NCBI GenBank assembly: GCA_963827235.1
Contig: CAWHAE010000009.1
Location: 512,001 to 576,000, forward strand
DNA from: an uncultured bacterium
GTDB taxonomy: Bacteria > Chloroflexota > UBA5177 > JANWHV01
Direction of reading: 5' to 3'
DNA: 64,000 nucleotides
Every line of letters begins with the position of its first letter. The first letter of the stretch is position 1. A program made the position numbers and the translations under genes. This document shows, in pieces, positions 9,401 through 15,515 of the stretch. The notes under the pieces were generated by a model that saw nothing but the letters and a program-made list of their open reading frames with translations, did no database searches and had not been told where the DNA came from.

Positions 9401-10500
9401 TAGATCCCGACGCCGTGGCTGCTGCGGCGCTTGGACGCGGTCTCGTTTCAGCGGACGAGATCGCATCGATGTCCACGGATGACAAGATCGCGCTGATCTG
9501 GCGGCCCGGCTTCAGCACTGCCTCCTCCGTGACCTCAATGTCTGGTCGCGGTATCGGCATGAAGAGTGCGCAGGACGCCGTGGCCGCCCTGAACGGCCGT
9601 ATCGAGATTCACTCCGTGCTCCGCCAGGGCACGACGTTCAGCATCATCTTGCCACGCTCGCTCGCCATGATGCGCGTCGAGGTGGTACGTGAAGGGCAGA
9701 ATGTGATCGCCATTCCGATCACGCAAATGGTTGCCACGCATTCCGTTCCCTATTCGGAGCTCGACGACCTCGAGCCGGGACACAGCATTCAGGCAGGCGG
9801 TAAGGAGCTGCCCGTGTTCGCGGTGACGCTTGCAGACGGACCGGCGGGCGACGGCGAGGCCGGGCGCGCCACCCTTCTGGAGGTGGCCGCCAGGAACGGC
9901 GCCATCGTGGTCGACGAGGTCCAGGGTAGCCAATACCTGCCGGTGCGATCCGCGCCGGAGTATCTCCGCCGGCACTGCGGCCTGCTTGGCTATGCCGTGG
10001 GCGGCGGCGGCCAGATCCTGCCCATACTCGACCTGCCGACGCTCATAGACCGCTCGCGCGCCCTCGTGATCGATGCGCCCAAGGCTACCGTCGCCCGGGT
10101 CGCCTACAGCATTCTGGTAGTCGACGACAGCCAGACGATGCGGCGAGCCCTTCGCGATACGCTCAGCAAGGCCGGCTTCAGCGTGCAGGAGGCAGTCGAC
10201 GGCCACGATGCGCTGAACATCTGCATACGGCAGATGCCCGACTTGATCACGCTAGACATGGAGATGCCCGGCATGGACGGCCTGGAGGCACTGACGGCGC
10301 TACGATTGCTGCCGAACGGTGGGGCTACCGTGCCCGTGTTCATGATCACCTCTCGCCAGCAGGCGCGCCATCGCGCCGCCGCGCTCGCCGCGGGCGTTAC
10401 GCGGTACTTCACGAAGCCCTTCGATACAGACGAGTTGCTCAGCGCCACGAATCTGGTGCTGGCCGAAGGCACCGGCCAGGCGCGGGAGGTGGCGTCATGA
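6424..10500 (+). CDS. cheA: CheA/ChpA-like hybrid kinase: Hpt-Hpt-DICT-like-dimerisation-HATPase-CheW-REC
   Basis: FHTIKG and LHTLKG Hpt histidines; HLINNALDHG, DDGRG, PGFST..SGRGIGM; C-terminal REC (ILVVDDS, TLDMEMPGMDG, FTKPF). Confidence 0.92.
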   Translation: MSDSVDRLQAALAAALAAPPAAPGSPEEEEGADIATPRAKAASALEAALRDRLEWHWDRDQHQGEQLCRVLADMCMWHEHTTLRDKVLDLQRKGIALLAAVPDGEPSAGDVGDIEDEYQAIKPREDDAAAIAAALGMTLEEAKAFGLVGTLTSVGFEEEGPVPVAAGVSAEAEQPEEDLETLFRREAKNRASKDLPSALQNFWGNQQSMDLMLTVRRGFHTIKGDARMTAVSAPPEVAEELEGLAVLSEAAEDIVDYLLGDDYDPSQPAPPLPPGAFSLMNEVANALVRRLELRRPLDNEVTLLKRLAAMQRKAAAQAGVVIDEASLAAKIPLPTMPAAAPKVQRQEPVSTTGHSLLPTFLDEAKRLMPDLHRALGILSTTPSDEASLLLARRKLHTLKGGAALIGAEAVDIQMIAHHAEDLFELIEDVQLRGELNEVPKDVLDGVLDAEDALQTLLDNLEHVNSGGRSPVQPLLQDPAELVTRLQQITERVRTGDVAPAAPVAVSEEPAAMPAAKAAAPIAEAGAEVPAQPITDPALLQRVVIPPPVARPPARMVSLRDLSFRRFIEKSEQGQVRSRTAVIDRLAAVEERARMTSGAFSLFIGVQQMSQYIEEQARYHDLVGEKGQLYIFGALDQVPSPLSRVTLVPLVEGDELLRERFAIFESPEFSTGFVAHDTADDVEGSGRRFLCLAIEEHVTLAEMSDLLRTAIRRGGALVAARRTALHSMSALKPLPRLQPPITRRDRALPVEITPRRQQDFGKDVSVRNALTALEDLSVTRDSLQGLVTRMSQQRVEGRRSGVRLRTLIERVGSELAGLRSELVRTTRRTGDWDLLEKEEFTTVDVLLGQLDEALADLEESDTNLRRDLAEATAQVEIQADKALSAQRALLDISMIPLSQIKDRLAHAVRSASRRLRKQVEFALEGGDLVLDGRIAEAVFEPIMHLINNALDHGIETSTGERVEAGKTIEGHLTIRGRSTGDGVAIDVSDDGRGIDPDAVAAAALGRGLVSADEIASMSTDDKIALIWRPGFSTASSVTSMSGRGIGMKSAQDAVAALNGRIEIHSVLRQGTTFSIILPRSLAMMRVEVVREGQNVIAIPITQMVATHSVPYSELDDLEPGHSIQAGGKELPVFAVTLADGPAGDGEAGRATLLEVAARNGAIVVDEVQGSQYLPVRSAPEYLRRHCGLLGYAVGGGGQILPILDLPTLIDRSRALVIDAPKATVARVAYSILVVDDSQTMRRALRDTLSKAGFSVQEAVDGHDALNICIRQMPDLITLDMEMPGMDGLEALTALRLLPNGGATVPVFMITSRQQARHRAAALAAGVTRYFTKPFDTDELLSATNLVLAEGTGQAREVAS

Positions 10501-10883
10501 GCGTCGAGATCGATGTCTACGTTGCCACGAGTGGGCCCTATCGGATGGCGTTCGCTGCGGATCAGATAGAGTCCACCAGGCCCTGCCCGGCGTTCACCCT
10601 GCCCGAGGGTGAGCAGCCCGGTGTTCTTGGCACTCGCGACGGACTGCGGGTGCTCCACCCAGGGTGGTTCTGGGGAGATGCCGAGGTGAAAGAGCAGCCA
10701 CAATACCTGTTGGTTGTGCGCTCCGGCATATGCGCACTGGCAGTCGACACGTGCCAGCTGCAGCGTCTGCTCATCGATCCACCTCCACCGGTATTGGCGG
10801 GGAGCGGCATGGTCTTTGGCCTGGCAAACACGACCGGCGAGCTGACACCGGTCCTCGACCTTGCCTGTATTCCTCTGGCATAG
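10497..10883 (+). CDS. Small divergent CheW-like protein (ChpC-like)
   Basis: ALAVD and GELTPVLDL CheW motifs; ATGA overlap with cheA. Confidence 0.65.
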   Translation: MSVEIDVYVATSGPYRMAFAADQIESTRPCPAFTLPEGEQPGVLGTRDGLRVLHPGWFWGDAEVKEQPQYLLVVRSGICALAVDTCQLQRLLIDPPPPVLAGSGMVFGLANTTGELTPVLDLACIPLA

Positions 10884-10964
10884 GGGTAGGAGCGAGCGAT
10901 GATCGGCGCGGCAACGTTGAAGCCTTCTGAGGCAGCGACAGATTGACTTCAAAGGAGAACTGAA

Positions 10965-11432
10965 ATGCTTTTCGGCGGGCGCAAGCAGGTGTCGCAGCAA
11001 GCTGAAGAATCGGAAGGGGATCGGTACACGACCGTCAAACCGCATACCGGTCCATTGATCATGGCAGTTGATGACGACGCTACGTCCCGCGCCGCGATTA
11101 TCAACACGCTGGAGGCTGCCGGGTATCGCGTCCACGCCGTCAGCAACTATGCCGATTGGGACGCCGCGCGGCAAGGCGGCATGAGCCCGGCACTGATGGT
11201 GCTCGACATCATGCTTGCAGAGCCGCGCCGAGGGGGCTATGAGATCCTGCGTGCGCTGCGCAAAGAGGATCGCAGGACGCCTGTCATTATGCTTAGCTCG
11301 CGCAACACACCCAGCGACGAGGCCTTCGCCAAGGCGAACCAGGCGAATGCATTCGTAAGCAAGGTTCGGGGAGAGTTCGACCATCCGGCACATGGGCTAG
11401 TGGCGACGGTGGACAGACTTCTGTCCTCTTGA
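10965..11432 (+). CDS. Single-domain response regulator (CheY/PilH-like)
   Basis: IMAVDDD, MVLDIML, PVIMLSSRNTPSDEAFAKANQANAFVSK; RBS AAGGAG. Confidence 0.85.
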   Translation: MLFGGRKQVSQQAEESEGDRYTTVKPHTGPLIMAVDDDATSRAAIINTLEAAGYRVHAVSNYADWDAARQGGMSPALMVLDIMLAEPRRGGYEILRALRKEDRRTPVIMLSSRNTPSDEAFAKANQANAFVSKVRGEFDHPAHGLVATVDRLLSS

Positions 11433-11538
11433 AGCCTCCTGTTGAACGGTGCTACGGAGTAGAAGAAGGGGGTATGACCTTGGCCCATGGCGCGAGCGCT
11501 GTAATTCGTATTCCTACAGGCTTAAGGAGACATCGACT

Positions 11539-12045
11539 ATGAACAGCATGGCTGGGTCAGGCCCCGAGCGGCAAAGAATCCTAATCGTCGAAGACTCGAA
11601 GACGCACCGCCGCAACCTTCGCGACGCCCTTGCAGAGGAGTATGAGCTGCACTGGGCGATCAACGCGCGAGATGCTCTTGCCCTTGCCTTCACCAAGCGG
11701 CCCAACTTGATCCTGCTCGACATCAATATCGAGCCACCGCCAACAGACGAGGTCGACAAGGAGGGCAATCCCATACTGGGCAAGAATATCAGCGGTCTGG
11801 AAGTCTGCCGGCAGCTGAAGAAGAGCATTCTGAAGGACACGCCGATTATCGTGCTCACCGCGTCCAAAGGATTCATTCCCAGAATCAAAGGCAAGCTCGC
11901 GCATGCTAATGAGTACCTCACAAAGCCTATCGAGACGCAGCAGCTGCTTGACTTCATCTATAAATACCTGGGTAGCCCGCGTGTTCGAGGCCGGCTCGAC
12001 AAGATCGAGAGGGACTACGGCGAGCGTGCTGCGCAATCACGCTAG
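11539..12045 (+). CDS. Single-domain response regulator (PilG/PatA-REC-like)
   Basis: ILIVEDS, ILLDIN, PIIVLTASKGFIPRIKGKLAHANEYLTKP; RBS AAGGAG before ATG 11539. Confidence 0.85.
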   Translation: MNSMAGSGPERQRILIVEDSKTHRRNLRDALAEEYELHWAINARDALALAFTKRPNLILLDINIEPPPTDEVDKEGNPILGKNISGLEVCRQLKKSILKDTPIIVLTASKGFIPRIKGKLAHANEYLTKPIETQQLLDFIYKYLGSPRVRGRLDKIERDYGERAAQSR

Positions 12046-12096
12046 CACGTTCCTGTGCGAGCGTGGCCCAACGAGCAACAAGAAGTGTGATCCCGT

Positions 12097-13113
12097 ATGA
12101 AACTCTTTGGTCGCCGGTCGCACGGCGGGAGCGCCGACCTGGCGCGCATCGCCTCGTTCGAGAACCTGGCAGAGCAGCAGAAAGAGGTCGAGGACGAAGA
12201 CCGGCCGAACTCGCAGCCGCAGATCCGGGTGCTCAGCGATGAGGAGTTGTTCGGTAAAGGCGATACCGGTCCGGGGCACGATGGCCCCGCCGGTGCCCGG
12301 GACGCGGAGCAGTTCAGGCCGCTGACGGATGACATGCCCGCGGCACGTCCGTCTTCTCTCGGCTTGCGCTCGCTCACGTCGATCTCCGGCGCAGGCGTGC
12401 CGGCTGATCTGGAGATGACGTCCGAGAGACTGGACGACACTGGATCGGAAGCCGGTTGGGTCAAGAGCGGCCGTGGATCGCTCGCGACGAGCGGTGACGC
12501 GCCAGCCATCATTGGTGCGGACATCCTGATCGGCGGAGAAGAAGCAGATCTGGTGCCGCTCATTCCAGATACCAAGCCGGAGGCCGAGAGCGCGGATCTC
12601 GATGACGAGACCTCTGCCGCCGCGGCCGTCGACGCGCTGCGAGGAGCCTGCGATTTGCTGGTCGATCGCATTCAGCGCATGCGCGCTTTACGTGACGGCG
12701 CGCGCTTCATATCCGCGATGATTTCAGTGGTGACTGAGCTCGACGCCAAGTACGCCGAGGACTGGGGCATTGTGCGCCGCAACGGCCTCGAGGAAGTGCT
12801 CGACGACGTGCGTGCCGCCGTTGCCGAGGGAGATCGCTTCATTCTGGAATCGCTCGAGAACGGCCAGGGCGGCATGACCGACGAAGCCTTCGTGCGCGAT
12901 CTCAAGACCGTTGCGATGAAGGACCGGCCCCGGATCATCGCCGAATATACGATCTTCCTTGTGTTTGTCTATCGCTGCGTGCTTCTCCAGTACCTGCGCC
13001 CGCTCGAGCAGGACGCCGGTCGCCTGAATGAGATGATGAGCAGGCTCGACTACCTCATCGATGGCGTGCGCGAAATCCTCATTCAGCACGTCAACGCCCA
13101 CGTCCAGGGTTAA
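12097..13113 (+). CDS. Hypothetical protein (acidic low-complexity N-half, helical C-domain), last gene of the chemosensory cluster
   Basis: Long ORF with genome-like codon usage, co-oriented 52 bp after the PilG-like gene. Confidence 0.7.
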   Translation: MKLFGRRSHGGSADLARIASFENLAEQQKEVEDEDRPNSQPQIRVLSDEELFGKGDTGPGHDGPAGARDAEQFRPLTDDMPAARPSSLGLRSLTSISGAGVPADLEMTSERLDDTGSEAGWVKSGRGSLATSGDAPAIIGADILIGGEEADLVPLIPDTKPEAESADLDDETSAAAAVDALRGACDLLVDRIQRMRALRDGARFISAMISVVTELDAKYAEDWGIVRRNGLEEVLDDVRAAVAEGDRFILESLENGQGGMTDEAFVRDLKTVAMKDRPRIIAEYTIFLVFVYRCVLLQYLRPLEQDAGRLNEMMSRLDYLIDGVREILIQHVNAHVQG

Positions 13114-13466
13114 CCGCTGGCGCTGGTGCCCCGGACAGAGCATGCTCGCGGCGATGAATTGCGCGATGCGATGAGATTTGGGCGTCTCCACTAGTAGCGT
13201 AATAAGCGATGCTACATTACAATAGGAATCACCGTAGTACGCTCTATCAGCCGGAGATGCCGCTGAGCTTCGTGTGAAGCGTTTGCAGAAGGCACAATGC
13301 TTCTAGGGGGTGCAGCGCTTCTCTCACGATCATGCTGGGCAAACGGCGCAGTCGCATCTGATCGGCTGATGGCCCAGGATGGCCTAGGGATGGGAGTAAA
13401 CTGGCAAGCAGTCTTGAGTAGCAATACGCTTACTCTAAGGAGCGGCCTGAAGGAGTGGGTGAATAC

Positions 13467-13871
13467 ATGAGTAAGACACTTGCGCAGAAGGTTGATTGGC
13501 TCTTCAATACGCGACGCAACGCGCAAGGCCGGCAGTTCACCTACGGCCAAGTCCAGCGCGCCACGGGGAACCGTATCACAGCGAGCTACGTCTGGAAGCT
13601 GCGGACAGGTGCGATGAGCAACCCCGGTCTCAGCGCCCTTGAAGCACTGGCCTCGTTCTTCGAGGTGCCCCTGGACTATTTCGCCGAAGGCGGAGAGTAT
13701 CTGGAGCCAAGCCTGAGCGTTGTGAAGCTGCCGCTGGAAGACAAGGTGGCCCGCGAAGACGCCCTGCAAATGGTCAAGGAAGGCGCGAGCAAGCTTCCAG
13801 ATGATAAGCTTCGGGCAGTGATCGAGGTCGTCGAGTATTTGCGTGCTCACGAGGAGCCTGCGAAGATCTAG
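13467..13871 (+). CDS. XRE-family HTH regulator, EspR-like
   Basis: TLAQKVDWLF...ITASYVWKLRTGAMSNPGLSALEALASFFEVPLDYF matches the EspR/XRE pattern. Confidence 0.85.
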   Translation: MSKTLAQKVDWLFNTRRNAQGRQFTYGQVQRATGNRITASYVWKLRTGAMSNPGLSALEALASFFEVPLDYFAEGGEYLEPSLSVVKLPLEDKVAREDALQMVKEGASKLPDDKLRAVIEVVEYLRAHEEPAKI

Positions 13872-13939
13872 ACAGTCCCCCCTGTTGGAGCCGAGTCGGG
13901 GGAGAGCGCGCTTGAGTCCGCGGTGCTCGCCACGACGCG

Positions 13940-13983
13940 AAAAGCAGGAAGGGTGCCCGCCTGGAGCACCCTTCCTGCTTTAT
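13940..13983. terminator. Bidirectional intrinsic terminator
   Basis: AAAGCAGGAAGGGTGC / GCACCCTTCCTGCTTT 16-bp perfect inverted repeat between convergent genes. Confidence 0.8.
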
Positions 13984-14035
13984 GGTGTGTGTTCTCGCTG
14001 CCTGGTCGCCGCGCGACCAGATGCCGGACCGCCAA

Positions 14036-14686
14036 CTACTTCGGACGCCTGCGTGCGACCGCGATCACCGGGACGTCTTCGCGAGCGGGTAACGCCGCGC
14101 CGTCGCCCCCGCGTGCCGGGTCGAATACGGAACGCAGAAAGCCTGTTTTCGTCAGTTGCGATGTCTTGCTGGGCACCGGGGCCTTTTCGATGAAGACAGG
14201 CTCCCGCCTCTCGACGTGCGCGCTGCCCTTCACCCGCACCCCGGGCCCGCTGTGCTCGGCAAGCGTGAAGCGGGACTTCAGTATTGAGACTTCCGGGGTC
14301 TGTACGGGCGCCGCTGCAGCCTGCGCGTTCGCGTTGTCGAGCACGCCGCGCAGTATACGCGAGATCTCACCCGGCCTGGCGTCAAAGGCAAGGCTTCCGG
14401 CGATAGGCAGCACGTGCCCGACCGGCACGCCCTCCCGGTGCACGTTCACGAACACGATGGCCGGCAGCGGCTTCGCGAGTCGCCCGAGGGCCGGATTAAG
14501 CACCATCTCGCGATCGACCAACACGATCGGCGGGTGCTGGAGCGCGATCTCCTCCGCGGCTTTGGCGGCATTGTCCGTGTCGCAGAGTATGAGAATGTCG
14601 GGATCTCTGGCCAGCTCAGCCCGCAAACGGGCGTGAATCAGGGGAGAAGCGAGCGCCAGGATGAGAGAAACATTGGCCACGATCAT
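14036..14686 (-). CDS. Degenerate receiver (pseudo-REC) domain protein with low-complexity basic tail
   Basis: NarL-type REC spacing (LRAELARDPDILILCDTDNAAKAAEEIALQHPPIVLVDREM) but lacks the beta1 acidic pair and the conserved Lys. Confidence 0.6.
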   Translation of the reverse strand: MIVANVSLILALASPLIHARLRAELARDPDILILCDTDNAAKAAEEIALQHPPIVLVDREMVLNPALGRLAKPLPAIVFVNVHREGVPVGHVLPIAGSLAFDARPGEISRILRGVLDNANAQAAAAPVQTPEVSILKSRFTLAEHSGPGVRVKGSAHVERREPVFIEKAPVPSKTSQLTKTGFLRSVFDPARGGDGAALPAREDVPVIAVARRRPK

Positions 14687-14876
14687 TCCTTCGCATGTGC
14701 GACCGTCTGCCGGGGGGCGAGTTTGCCGGGGGGTCTCGGCAGCGCTCGACTCACCACCATATTCTAGCGTAGGAGGTTGTGGCATGCCATCACCCGACTT
14801 TCTCCAAAGAAGCATCCATTTGGGGGATACCTGTCCCGCCGGCGACTTGACGGCACTCTATCGGCTCGCGCCAGTT

Positions 14877-15041
14877 TCAGGGCTCTCGGTAGATATCGTG
14901 ACCGCCGATGCGGCGCCACACGATATGGGCATCAGCACCGCGCCCCTCCGTGCCGTAGTGGGACGTCGCCCGGCCGGAGGCGGAAAAGTGGAATTCGACC
15001 ACCCGCTCGAGCTGCTCGTGCATGTCTGCTGGCAGTGCCAT
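14877..15041 (-). pseudogene. 54-codon ORF resembling the C-terminal half of a RelE/ParE-superfamily toxin
   Basis: Manual translation MALPADMHEQLERVVEFHFSASGRATSHYGTEGRGADAHIVWRRIGGHDIYREP; RBS AGGAG; in-frame TAG just upstream. Confidence 0.55.
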
Positions 15042-15226
15042 ACATGGATTCTCCTATCGTCGATTGCACAGCCGCCAAGCGGCTCGCATTCGCCTGTAAC
15101 CAGCGCCGGCGGCGAAGGTGGGCATGGTAGCCCGATCTGTGTGTGGCATGTGTTCCGCGCTCGCAGTAGATTGATAGAGCACATCATTGTGCCTTGCTGC
15201 CTTGCGGAACAGGACCGCAGGACAGA

Positions 15227-15370
15227 GCACTGAACACGTGACGCGAGAACAGTCAGGAGCCTCGATACCTTCATGCAGATAGTGATAACTTGCGCCGCAA
15301 GCTCGGCGACGACTCTGCCCAATCCTGGAGCGATCGCCTGGGATTGGGCACGGAATACCGGCTGCTCGAC
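15227..15370 (+). pseudogene. Relic of a KdpE/OmpR winged-helix C-terminus
   Basis: ALNT*RENSQEPRYLHADSDNLRRKLGDDSAQSWSDRLGLGTEYRLLD versus KdpE VWG.EY..E.HYLRVY..NLRRKLEDDP..P...TEPGVGYRL. Confidence 0.6.
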
Positions 15371-15515
15371 CATGCTACATCCGGCCGACCGTTCACTCCG
15401 ATTCTCTACAAGATCGTGTCGGCTCAACGCGCGGCTCCTCAGGACGCCGCTAGTGGGTGCTGCGCATCATGCATAGGGGGCTTTGTCCGCTCCTTGAGGC
15501 ACTGCGGAGTCCAGA

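Noticed and set aside
15200-15515. c-di-AMP (ydaO) riboswitch expected upstream of a kimA-like gene
   Set aside because: Conserved GCTGAA/GGGGGA/GGGTGAA elements not found; the region is better explained by the kdpE relic
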